The position numbers were made by a program, and so were the translations under genes. A DNA stretch of 32,000 nt from Promethearchaeota archaeon (GTDB lineage: Archaea; Asgardarchaeota; Lokiarchaeia; Sigyniarchaeales; Promethearchaeaceae): assembly GCA_016933055.1 (NCBI GenBank), contig JAFGBS010000009.1, positions 690,001 to 722,000 on the forward strand, written 5' to 3'. Under the pieces are notes generated by a model. That model was not told the origin of the DNA and searched no databases. It worked only from the letters and a program-made list of their open reading frames with translations. Every line of letters starts with the position of its first letter. The first letter of the stretch is position 1. Shown in pieces: positions 8,816 to 18,449 of the stretch.

Positions 8816-10858
8816 ATGAGTTTAACAATCGATGCTCTGCTAAAAAGTCAAGGGGAAGTACATATACAAAATGTAGAAATACATTGGTATTTTACTCTCC
8901 AATCTGATGAAGAGGAAGCAATTGAAATCCATGGAATATACAATATCGATTCCTTTTATGATTCTTTTACAACTGAAATACAGAATGCACGAACACAAAC
9001 CACGGGATTTTATGAAATATTTGACAAACTCCTATTCACTCATGCAGAAACTCAATCTACGTTCATTATAGGAATTAATCATATAACTGAATATGATTTA
9101 AGCGATAATACCCTCACAATTGAATTTATATTTCATAGAAGCATTCCACAAGTTGCATTCGAACTAGAATTTCCAGTAATAGCAAGTGTCGCTGAAATTA
9201 AAGACTCCAATGAAAATTTAATAATGCTAGAAAGCTTAATCCATAAAAATCTTCACATACATTTCAGTGACCACGTGTTTAAAATACCTCGTTGTAATCG
9301 ATGTTCAAGCGCACTTACCTTGCACAATCAAGTAGATATTGAAGAAGAGGTGATTAACGAGGATTTTATTTGCATGGATTGTTATATAGCAATTAATAAT
9401 TTTTATAATATTCTTGAAAATGAAGTATTCAAAATTGCAGATCCCTCGACAATCAAAGAGCAACGCGATTATCTCGTGAAATTCATAATTGCGGGTAAGA
9501 AGAACGCTTCTCAATTTGAAGAAATACAACTCCAACATTTTTACAATTTATTGATTATCTATGTCGAATATATGAGTGATAATTTAGATAGAGAAGGGGT
9601 CAAACAAAAAATTGAATCTATAATAACTATTGGAATGACGCATAATTTTTCTAAATTAAGGGAGGGAGCTGAGAATCTAATGACCAAATTAAATTTAGAA
9701 GCCATCGAAATTCCAACGCATCAAGAACCCGAATTTGGCGAATCCCAAATTTTTTCTTCTCAGCAACCTAATTCTGAGCCCCTTCCTCCTCCAGTGCCGC
9801 TTGGCACTCCTTCTCCGTCCACAATTATACCTCAAGATCCAGAATTAACTGAGGGTCTTCAATCCTTAGAATTTGTCCAAGAAGAACTCAGATCCACATT
9901 AGAAGCTCTTAGTAAAATAGAATCCGATTTAATCCCCAAACCTATTACCCCTATCGATAAGATGAAAGCTTTAAACACGGATTTAGAGGATTTTGAATCC
10001 ATCCCAACTTTTGATGATATTAAAGAGACTTTTTCTGATTTAGAATCCTTAGATTTTCCGGACATCCAATTTGGAATCGACTCAAATCAAGAAAATATAG
10101 ATGATGAGTCTATCCCAGAGGAAATTCAGAGAAAAATTGCTGCTCTTGATGAATTGAGTGTACCAAATGATGAAATCCTTGAATTAAATACCTCTAACAC
10201 TATTAATCCAACCCTTGATACTTCATCTGAATATAAAGACGAATTTGGAGATGAATCATCGTTTCAAATGCCCACTATCCAAGAATTACCTGAACAAAAG
10301 GATCACTTATTAGATTCTGATTATACTGAAGCACAAGATTTAGAATTTCCATCCTCTGAAAATGAACAGCTCTCCCCAGCTTGGAGGGCTATCCCTGATA
10401 CCATCAATCCACCACCTCGAATGAATCCACCTCCCCCGGTGGTAACTCCGCCACCTCGAATGAATCCACCTCCCCCGGTGGTAACTCCGCCACCTCGAAT
10501 GAATCCACCTCCTAGTGTTACTCCCCCTTCTTTACAATTAGATTCATCTCAACCATCAGTTGTACAAGTTCCGGAACTAAAAAAAAATACTCTAATGGGA
10601 TCAATAGAACCCAAAATTATACCAAAACCATCATTTTTCAATTCCTCTAATCATACTCATGCTCATTCATCTGCAAAAGTTGTTAAAAATAGTGAAAATA
10701 TAGTTAAATCCCAAGATGTGCCCAAACCGAAGGAAAAAAGAATAGTGAAGAGAGACCGAAGAGGAAAGCATAGAAAAATCATATGCAGTTTTTGTGGAGC
10801 CACGCTATCTGAAAATGAGAAAAACTGCCCAAATTGTGGATCAGTGATAAAAAAATAA
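8816..10858 (+). CDS. Hypothetical 680-aa protein: internal Zn finger, acidic and proline-rich disordered region, C-terminal Zn ribbon
   Basis: CNRC...CMDC; long D/E/P/S-rich region; repeated PPPRMNPPPPVVT; basic patch; CSFCG...CPNCG at the C-terminus. Confidence 0.85.
   Translation: MSLTIDALLKSQGEVHIQNVEIHWYFTLQSDEEEAIEIHGIYNIDSFYDSFTTEIQNARTQTTGFYEIFDKLLFTHAETQSTFIIGINHITEYDLSDNTLTIEFIFHRSIPQVAFELEFPVIASVAEIKDSNENLIMLESLIHKNLHIHFSDHVFKIPRCNRCSSALTLHNQVDIEEEVINEDFICMDCYIAINNFYNILENEVFKIADPSTIKEQRDYLVKFIIAGKKNASQFEEIQLQHFYNLLIIYVEYMSDNLDREGVKQKIESIITIGMTHNFSKLREGAENLMTKLNLEAIEIPTHQEPEFGESQIFSSQQPNSEPLPPPVPLGTPSPSTIIPQDPELTEGLQSLEFVQEELRSTLEALSKIESDLIPKPITPIDKMKALNTDLEDFESIPTFDDIKETFSDLESLDFPDIQFGIDSNQENIDDESIPEEIQRKIAALDELSVPNDEILELNTSNTINPTLDTSSEYKDEFGDESSFQMPTIQELPEQKDHLLDSDYTEAQDLEFPSSENEQLSPAWRAIPDTINPPPRMNPPPPVVTPPPRMNPPPPVVTPPPRMNPPPSVTPPSLQLDSSQPSVVQVPELKKNTLMGSIEPKIIPKPSFFNSSNHTHAHSSAKVVKNSENIVKSQDVPKPKEKRIVKRDRRGKHRKIICSFCGATLSENEKNCPNCGSVIKK
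10412..10512 (+). repeat. Perfect 39-bp coding tandem repeat, about 2.6 copies
   Basis: Unit ccacctcgaatgaatccacctcccccggtggtaactccg at 10412-10450 and 10451-10489, partial copy at 10490-10512. Encodes PPRMNPPPPVVTP. Confidence 0.95.
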
Positions 10859-10886
10859 GAAATTGTTTTAAAAATAAAAAAATGGA

Positions 10887-13139
10887 TTATTTTCTTGCGT
10901 AAATAAATCTTGTATAAGAACTGGTATCTGGCATCTGTAATGGCATTCCTTTTCGTTTGCGAATATCCATAATTACTTGTTCTTGTAAGTGGGGTGGAAC
11001 TGGCTCAAAGCCCAAAAATTCGTATCCAAAAAACGCTTTTCCTTGGGTTGCACCACGAAATTCATCTGCAATACCAATTTGTTCAGCTACTGGAAGTTTT
11101 CCGATAACACGTTCAAAAGCTCCTTCATTTCTAATTTCTTGAATTTGTCCACGATGCTGTGAGAGAATTTTTACAATAGATCCTGCCGATCCCGCTGGAA
11201 CTTTTATATCTACTTTCTGAATTGGTTCAAATAATTTTGGATTAGCTGATAAAAATCCAAGCGCAAGGTTGGAAAACATCATACTAGCTATCTCGTTGTA
11301 ACCAGTATGTGCAGGGTCAACATGAACTTCTGCATCTGTAAATGTGCAGAGCAGACCCAGCGCAGGCTCCTTTGCCAGAATGGCGTTCGACACCCAGTCT
11401 CTAAATGCTGACACACAATAAGATTTGATCCTATCTAACCGCTGAAGTCCTTTGGTTCCATCCAGTAAGATATTAGCTTCATATACATCCCATATTTTAC
11501 GAGCTTCTTTTGCATCCCATCCCGCCTTATCTCGTAAAATCTGTGCTCGAACTTTTGCATTCATTTCTGCATGCACTTCTCCACTATTTATCAGGTCGAT
11601 GGTTGCCTGATCGAGTGGAGTCATCTGCATCAAAATTCTGTTGTGTCCATTGCTTGACTTGGTGTAAAATATTTGCCCTTCCTTTGTAATCTTTTCACGA
11701 TACACAATAATGGGTTCCCCAACTTTGATCTTTACTTGTTCATTGATCCGTTTAGTAAGAATTTCAATTTGTAATGGGTCAATCCCACTCAGAATGTATT
11801 CTCGTGATTCCTTTTCAAGATGGAATTTGGCTGTATTGTCAGCCATAAGCCATTTTTTAACGACATCTCCGAGCTTAGCGAGGTCTTGGGGATTCTCAGG
11901 TATAATAGAACGACTAACCACTGCTTCACATGCATATTTTATCTTTTCGAAGGAGGGTGGTTCTTCATCTTCATCATCTTTATCAGGTACCAACTCTGGT
12001 CCCACAAAGGTTTCTCCTGCTGGAGTAATAAAACCGAATAATGCGAATAAATTACCAGCGGGTACTTCAGGCATATCGAGTATATCAGTCAACTCCATGA
12101 TTCCCAAGCGTTTTACGCGTTGTTTTTCCTTTCTCCCTACAAGATATACGCTCTCACCTGCTTTCAGAGTTCCCGAATAGATTCTTCCGATTAAAGTAGC
12201 CCGAAAACTTCTGGGATCGATAAAAATCTTAGAAATTATGCCCATAAGAGGACCATTTCGATCGGAATTCATTAGGGATTTACCGAGTTCGGAGTCCCAA
12301 TCTACATTATCTATCAATTTCTTAACGCGGTATTTAGAAGCAGTAATGGGATCTGGAAGATGATCTACAATCATCCGAAGAAGTGTGTCATCTAAGGGAA
12401 GATTCTTGCGAAGCCAGGGGATATCTCCTTCATTGTATTTCTCAAACACTTTTAATGGGTGGATCCCCTTATCTTGTAAAATTTCATAGGTGAATCCCCA
12501 ACCGTCCTTGGCAGATCCTATAGCGACACTATTATATTGGAAGGAACACGTCCAATCTTCATTCTTGGGCTGAATTTGACGGATAATATCATTACAATCA
12601 TTAATGATCTTATCAATACGAGCATAGGTTTCCTTAGGTTCGAGCCTTAATTCGGAAATTAAGCGATCAACCTTATTGACGAAGATCACAGGTCTGCACA
12701 TTTCTTCACCCACAGCAAGTCGAATATTTGTTTCAGTCTGAGTCATTAACCCTTCCAAAGCATCAACCAAAACCACAGCTCCATCACTAGAACGGAGTGC
12801 TCGAGATACCTCTCCCGTAAATGATAGGTGACCTGGTGTGTCATTGATTTGAAAAATATATGGAACCTTGTCATCTTTTTCACGGGGATCGTTAAATGCC
12901 AGTAATACAACCGATGTGAAGATTGTTATACCTCGAGCTTGTTCTTCATCATCAGTATCAGTCATTTGTAGCTTTCCAGCATCTTCCTCTCGCATAAGAC
13001 CAGCACGTTTCAATAGAAAATCAGCTGTGGTGCTTTTACCGTGATCTATGTGCGCTACTATAGAAAAAATTCGCTTTTTATCATATCTATCGGAAGATAC
13101 TAGATTCCTTATTTCATCTGCGTTTTTAACTTTAACCAA
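10887..13139 (-). CDS. fusA: Elongation factor 2 family GTPase, probably the Asgard paralog aEF-2p
   Basis: G1 AHIDHGKST, G2 RGITI, G3 DTPGH, G4 NKVD and EF-2 domains II-V. Diphthamide loop reads HVDPAHTGYNEI instead of the canonical H.D..HRGPAQI. TTG start. No ribosomal-protein neighbours. Confidence 0.9.
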   Translation of the reverse strand: MVKVKNADEIRNLVSSDRYDKKRIFSIVAHIDHGKSTTADFLLKRAGLMREEDAGKLQMTDTDDEEQARGITIFTSVVLLAFNDPREKDDKVPYIFQINDTPGHLSFTGEVSRALRSSDGAVVLVDALEGLMTQTETNIRLAVGEEMCRPVIFVNKVDRLISELRLEPKETYARIDKIINDCNDIIRQIQPKNEDWTCSFQYNSVAIGSAKDGWGFTYEILQDKGIHPLKVFEKYNEGDIPWLRKNLPLDDTLLRMIVDHLPDPITASKYRVKKLIDNVDWDSELGKSLMNSDRNGPLMGIISKIFIDPRSFRATLIGRIYSGTLKAGESVYLVGRKEKQRVKRLGIMELTDILDMPEVPAGNLFALFGFITPAGETFVGPELVPDKDDEDEEPPSFEKIKYACEAVVSRSIIPENPQDLAKLGDVVKKWLMADNTAKFHLEKESREYILSGIDPLQIEILTKRINEQVKIKVGEPIIVYREKITKEGQIFYTKSSNGHNRILMQMTPLDQATIDLINSGEVHAEMNAKVRAQILRDKAGWDAKEARKIWDVYEANILLDGTKGLQRLDRIKSYCVSAFRDWVSNAILAKEPALGLLCTFTDAEVHVDPAHTGYNEIASMMFSNLALGFLSANPKLFEPIQKVDIKVPAGSAGSIVKILSQHRGQIQEIRNEGAFERVIGKLPVAEQIGIADEFRGATQGKAFFGYEFLGFEPVPPHLQEQVIMDIRKRKGMPLQMPDTSSYTRFIYARK

Positions 13140-13158
13140 TTCAATTCACTTTAATTAA

Positions 13159-13197
13159 CACAAACTAGGAATACTACATGCTCCTAGTTTTTATGTG
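13159..13197 (-). promoter_or_regulatory. Hairpin just upstream of the EF-2 start
   Basis: aaactagga (13162-13170) and tcctagttt (13182-13190) form a perfect 9-bp inverted repeat, extendable by cac/gtg across a bulge. Confidence 0.45.
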
Positions 13198-13556
13198 GGA
13201 ATACACAGCATTTAATTTTAATTTTTTCAAAATTCAACATAATATTTAATGAACATCCGTAACGGGGAGTTTCCTCCCATAATATACGCACTCTTGATTT
13301 AATTCTATCGTTGAAGCTTCACATCTTTTATAAAAGCTTTCAACTAAATTGGAAGTTAGTCAATAGAAAAAACTACTCAATTAGAAGGATTGATCCACTC
13401 TTTTTTAGAGTGAATTGCATTCATTTTCCGTAGGATATAAAGGAAAAAATTTTTGATATTTTTCCAATATCTATTTTTCACACTTTATTTTTCTCTGTAA
13501 GTATTATTGTTATTTTAAGTTCACAGAAGATTAATAAGAGTATATCATCAATTATA

Positions 13557-15060
13557 ATGCAAAAAATGGACAAGTGGACACCCGAAAAACGTGTTATCAC
13601 AACACTCAATCACGAAGAACCGGATCGAATCCCGATTCATGAAGGAAGTATCGAGATACCAGAATTAGCCCAATCGACAAATGCGTTAAATGAAAAACCA
13701 GGCTTATTATTTATGCCATACGGAATTACTCGAATACTCACTACTTCTTGGGTTCAACCAGTAAGAAAAACATTCTTTAAGATTCTCAAAAAACCAAGTG
13801 TGTTAGATCCAATTATAAAACCTGCTTTCAATCAAACAACAGGGTTATTCCGGAAATATAGGGTAGATTTAATTGGATATACTGCAGGCATCCCTATGAT
13901 TTTCAGTGAGAAATTGTATACCGATTTCTACGTAGATAACCTCAAGCGTCGTGTTATGGGACCACACAATAACATTGTCACAGAATTGCCATCAAACAAC
14001 AAAGGTGGTGCGGTTCAGAGAAATGGTTTTCTAAATGGACCTGAAGATTATGAAAAATATATGGAATTTGATTCCGATCATCCGGGAAATTATTTTTTCA
14101 TCATCAATTTCCACGCTATCCTTTAGATATAGAAGTTTACTCGGATTTAATCCGTTTAACTACGCTACAAGCCTATTACGTGGTTCTCTATCCTATGGGA
14201 TAGGTGGAACCACTTCATAGGTTATAGCGTAGGTGTTCCTTAAACCCGTGAGAAATTGCGATGAGGTGTCTTAGACACCCAACTTTCGGCATTTGACGGT
14301 ATATTACGATAGTTTTAACTGTTTGGGATTACCTACTTATCAGAAAGGTCGGAATAGATGTTAATTACCCAAAATTCTAAAAATCGCTGAAGGAAAAATA
14401 GCATTTATGTTCTATATTCACGGGGCAGCTTTTTTCGAAATGATGTCTGATATGTTCGGATTTGTGACCCTTTTTAAGTTATTGGTTAAAAATAAAGTAT
14501 TCATAAAAAAGGTGGTAAAAGATCTTAGTGATTATACATGTGACGTAGCAAAACATCTCCTAGAGCGAGGTGTGAGGATATTTTATATGGGAGATGATCT
14601 TGGATTAAAAGGTAAAGGGATTATATCACCTCGAATGTATGAGGATTTTTTCCATGAGAGTATAAAAAAATTTACTCGGATTGTTCATGATAAAGGGGGA
14701 TACATAATTCGACATTCTTGCGGCTATTTTAAAGAATATATTCCTTTTTTCCAAAAAGAACATATTGACGGCCTGCATCCTTGGGAGTCTAGTGCTGGCA
14801 TGGACATTTTTGAAGGGAAACAAAAGTGGGGTAACGAATTTACCCTGGTAGGCAATGTACCAATAGGTATGCTTTCGCATGGTAGTCGAAAGGAAATACG
14901 AGATTATGTATTAAATTTAATCAAAATATGTGGTCTTGGTGGGGGATATATTGACGCTTCATCGCACTCCATAGTGCCGTCCTGTAAATGGGATAATTAT
15001 CTAACTATGTTATGGACATTAAAGAAATATGGAAAATATCCAATTGATTTGAGTATTTAA
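13557..15060 (+). pseudogene. URO-D / MtaA-CmuA family (methyltransferase-fold) gene split by a ~260-bp insertion
   Basis: The 5' ORF (13557-14126) has the family N-terminus (KRVITTLNHEEPDRIP). The 3' frame is open from 14365 (LPKILKIAEGKIAFMFYIHG) and carries GDDLG...ISP..Y, HSCG and GNV motifs. Removing e.g. 14104-14362 fuses both parts into a 414-aa ORF. Confidence 0.8.
14103..14362. mobile_element. Structured non-coding insertion element, copy 1 (family not recognised)
   Basis: Interrupts a gene, contains several hairpins and shares four ordered sequence blocks with 18450-18654. The ends are approximate to within a few nt. Confidence 0.65.
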
Positions 15061-15530
15061 AATCATCATAAACAGAAAAAACTCCTATTGTTTTTTTTAA
15101 TTACAGACATTTACTCGATTCATTATTTTCAACCGCATTTCATTATTTACTATCATTATATTTTCTCCTAATTTAGAGGGTTTTCTAACAACAAATTTCT
15201 CCATCCTTCATAACCTAAGGCATCTACTATTAAGCTTTTATGTGATTCAAAGTATGAGTTCTTAGAAAATGCTTTCTAAGTTACATTTATCGATGATATT
15301 TTGCAAATACATTTATAATTAAATTAATTTACTCGTTATTATCGATCTAATGTATAGATAATTACCGGGTTACGAAATGGGTGGTTTATTTATCTTATTT
15401 GTTCCCAGATGTTGATATATTTAATGAATTATGAAAAATTTCGAAATAATCATCTCTACGAAAAAAAATTATGTAAATCACAATAGAAGAAAGTGAAAAA
15501 AAAGAAAACTTAGAAAAAATTTTTCACCCA

Positions 15531-16988
15531 TTAGACATTCAATTCTCTCATAATTTGCTTGTTCTCTGCGACTTTCTCAGGAGTTAATGGATAGAATATC
15601 CAGAAAATGATAGTCCCTATTAGCAAGATTGCACCAGGTATAACACCAATCATAAATCGAATTCCCAATAGCATGGCACTTAGACTACCTCCATTCAAAA
15701 GGATATAATTTTGCAATTCAGCCAAAGTCGCAACATCTACCGGAAAGCCTGTATAATTTTGCACTAGTGTTATTATTCCTTCATCAATGGTCGCTACTAA
15801 TCGTGTTAACAAAGCAAATATTCCCACCATTATTGCTTTATAACCGGATCTTGTTCTCACAACAAAATCATCCGTTACATCTAACATCATTATTGTCCAC
15901 AAAAAGGCCCAAGTAGATCCCATTGACATACCACACACGAAGAAAATCACATAAATATAAATCAAATTAGCGCTAACCGATAAAAATGCATAGGAAATAC
16001 TCAAGAACAACCCACCGAACACCAAGGCTCTCTTTAAATTATTGGTTTTTTTCACGTACCACATCCAAAGTGGTACAGAAATAATTGTACCAGAGAAGAA
16101 GACGATATATATCCACATTTCTCCTCCTGGCTCAAACCCAAGCACAAACGTACTAACAAATGGTCCCATCGACATCAACATTCCAATTCCAATATTGAAT
16201 GCTGTCATGATGATAAACGCTATAATAAAACTTCTCTGCTTGAGGACTGATAGTAAATGTTTGAAGAATTCTGGTCTCGGTCTATCTTCCCCTTGATCAT
16301 TATAATACCGATCTATTACTTCTCGATCCTCTCGTGCTCCGGGGAGGAATAATACAGCCCCGATAAGACCCAATCCTGCGACTAATGCCCCCATCCACAC
16401 AAAATTATCACCAGTAGCCGCAAGTAAGATAGAGGGAAGTAAAAATCCAGCGGCTTGGGCTGCAATGTCAATGTATGTAAACCAATATGTGAACTTTCTT
16501 CTCTCTTTATTCGTACGGAATAAATCTTGTCTCAATGCTCCAAGATTGACTCCTATTAACGAACCAAATGTGTCATAAAGGAATAAAGATCCTAATAACC
16601 AAAAAAAAGTCGGCCATGGAGTTACGGTTACCTTAGGTGCCGTAAAAAGTAAGTAAATGGAAAAACACCACGGAACTATGCTTATAACGATCCAAGGAAA
16701 CCTTCTACCCCACTTTTTGGTCCATTTGAAGTTTCGATCAATTAACCATCCCATCAGTGGATCATTAATCGCATCGTACACGGCAAAAATCGTTAAGCAG
16801 GCAAATATATAATTCCATTGCAATCCTAACCTTGTACTATAAAAATATACTATATATATACCTTGTACGGAAGATAAGAGGGTTACAACAAATTGGAACG
16901 TGCTATTAGAAGCGTATCTCCACCATGGATGCCGTGAAGTTTCTTCTAAGAAAGAAAATGGTATTGAATTGTCTTCTGTCATAAACAT
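15531..16988 (-). CDS. MFS transporter, glycoside-pentoside-hexuronide (GPH/MelB-like) family
   Basis: About 12 hydrophobic segments; YDAINDPLMGWLID, GRRFPWI, LFLYD, and C-terminal FYPLT.E motifs. Confidence 0.9.
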   Translation of the reverse strand: MFMTEDNSIPFSFLEETSRHPWWRYASNSTFQFVVTLLSSVQGIYIVYFYSTRLGLQWNYIFACLTIFAVYDAINDPLMGWLIDRNFKWTKKWGRRFPWIVISIVPWCFSIYLLFTAPKVTVTPWPTFFWLLGSLFLYDTFGSLIGVNLGALRQDLFRTNKERRKFTYWFTYIDIAAQAAGFLLPSILLAATGDNFVWMGALVAGLGLIGAVLFLPGAREDREVIDRYYNDQGEDRPRPEFFKHLLSVLKQRSFIIAFIIMTAFNIGIGMLMSMGPFVSTFVLGFEPGGEMWIYIVFFSGTIISVPLWMWYVKKTNNLKRALVFGGLFLSISYAFLSVSANLIYIYVIFFVCGMSMGSTWAFLWTIMMLDVTDDFVVRTRSGYKAIMVGIFALLTRLVATIDEGIITLVQNYTGFPVDVATLAELQNYILLNGGSLSAMLLGIRFMIGVIPGAILLIGTIIFWIFYPLTPEKVAENKQIMRELNV

Positions 16989-17102
16989 TACCTCTACTTA
17001 ATCACTTGATCACATCGAATTATCTTTCATATAAGCATTTAGTTTCCACAAAGTTACATAAAAGGATAGCAGTGTCTGATTAATATGAATAGAGCTACTG
17101 AT

Positions 17103-17142
17103 ATTACTATAAATTACTATATATTGTTATACATTTCTGTAA
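17103..17142. promoter_or_regulatory. Four 10-bp phased direct repeats in a divergent promoter region
   Basis: attactataa / attactatat / attgttatac / atttctgtaa, in exact 10-bp register. Confidence 0.4.
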
Positions 17143-17180
17143 TAATTCCTCCCGTTTACTAAGTCCCGCACAAATCAACT

Positions 17181-17188
17181 TTTATATA
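17181..17188 (+). promoter_or_regulatory. TATA box of the downstream URO-D-family gene, probably a leaderless transcript
   Basis: TTTATATA ends 22 nt before the ATG at 17211, matching typical archaeal TATA-to-start spacing. Confidence 0.55.
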
Positions 17189-17210
17189 GAAAGATCACTC
17201 ACACAAACTT

Positions 17211-18380
17211 ATGGAATTAAAAGAGAACATCCAAGATGCAAAAAATCACATGAGTGCATGGTGGGATCATGAAATCATTAATCGTCCCATAATCGGATAC
17301 ACCTATCGTAAATTTAACTTTAAATCCTCTGTGCCGTATTCAAGTTGGGATTTAGCGAAAAATAATGATGCTATTGAAATTATTTATGATAAGTTTATTC
17401 GAAACTCAACAAACCAGAAATGGGGGGCAGAAATGTTCCCTAATTTTTGGCCAAATTATGGTCCTGGAATTATGGCTGCAGTTTTTGGCTGTGAACCCGA
17501 ATACAAAAATAGTACAGTCTGGTTTCACCACCCTATTTCTCTTGATGACATTGTACCTTTATTAGAAAGTGCACAATTAAACTCAAATAATAAATGGTAC
17601 GCACGATTACTTCAAGTCACGCAATTTGTTGCTGAGAGATCTAACGGACAATTCTCCGTAGGAATGAGTGATATTGGAGGAGTTTTGGATATTCTGTCCT
17701 CATTTTTAGGTCCAACAGAAATAATCATTGCTATGCGACGCAATCCAGGAATTATAGATACTTGCCGGTCAATAATATTAGAGAAATTAATAAATGTATA
17801 TGATGATTTGCAGAATATTATTGATAATTATAATTTGGGTTGTAACGGGTGGCTAAATGTTTGGTGCCCGAAACGATATTATACGATCCAATGTGATTTT
17901 GCAGCAATGTTATCGCCTAAATATTTTAAAAGATTTGCACTACCTGATATCATTACCCAAGCAGAACATTTGGATTATGCAATATATCATTTAGATGGGC
18001 CCAATGAGATCCCTCACATAGCCGATTTACTTGCTGAACCTTCCATCACTGGTATCCAATGGGTTCCCGGTATAGGGCAACCCTCAACGGAATCAGAAAA
18101 ATGGTTTCCTCTGTATAATAAGATCCAAGACGCAGAGAAAAATCTAGTACTTGATTGCTCCCCCTTTGGTATATCTTATTTATATAAAAAATTGAAACCT
18201 GTCGGCTTATTCGTAAGAACCTATACTTTGAACCGAATAATCGCAAAAATGTATCTACCAAAGTTTATAAAAGGATGGGGTGATTTTTTTGGAAGGAAAC
18301 CCTCTAAACTCGGAGAAGATATGATGATAGTGAAAAATAAATTTCGCTTGAAAATTATGAATGCAGCTCATAGCATGTAA
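17211..18380 (+). CDS. URO-D superfamily / corrinoid methyltransferase-like protein
   Basis: WPNYGPG, DIGGVLDILSSFLG, IQCDFAAMLSP..F..FALP, YHLDGP and IQWVPG motifs. Confidence 0.8.
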   Translation: MELKENIQDAKNHMSAWWDHEIINRPIIGYTYRKFNFKSSVPYSSWDLAKNNDAIEIIYDKFIRNSTNQKWGAEMFPNFWPNYGPGIMAAVFGCEPEYKNSTVWFHHPISLDDIVPLLESAQLNSNNKWYARLLQVTQFVAERSNGQFSVGMSDIGGVLDILSSFLGPTEIIIAMRRNPGIIDTCRSIILEKLINVYDDLQNIIDNYNLGCNGWLNVWCPKRYYTIQCDFAAMLSPKYFKRFALPDIITQAEHLDYAIYHLDGPNEIPHIADLLAEPSITGIQWVPGIGQPSTESEKWFPLYNKIQDAEKNLVLDCSPFGISYLYKKLKPVGLFVRTYTLNRIIAKMYLPKFIKGWGDFFGRKPSKLGEDMMIVKNKFRLKIMNAAHSM

Positions 18381-18449
18381 TTTTTGTTTTCAGTTCAAGT
18401 TTATCTAATTACCTTTGGTGTTTTGTATAAACTTTTCGAATTCTGTGTA

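Noticed and set aside
10412-10512. Possible CRISPR array
   Set aside because: The repeats are directly adjacent with no spacers, lie in frame within a CDS, and no cas genes are present.
11710-12180. 156-aa plus-strand ORF and other short ORFs inside EF-2, ahcY, MFS, cca, fae-hps, the TrmB-like gene and pfkB
   Set aside because: Fully overlapped by long, motif-supported genes; typical antisense or alternate-frame shadows.
14035-14220. 61-aa ORF spanning the insertion junction
   Set aside because: Out of frame with the host gene, runs into hairpin DNA, and has no recognisable motifs.
14103-14362. Group I or group II intron identity for the insertion
   Set aside because: No P7 GACUA/UAGUC pair or group II domain V was seen. 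Splicing after the last G (14360) leaves an in-frame TAA at 14362, so the terminal-G rule would not restore the ORF.
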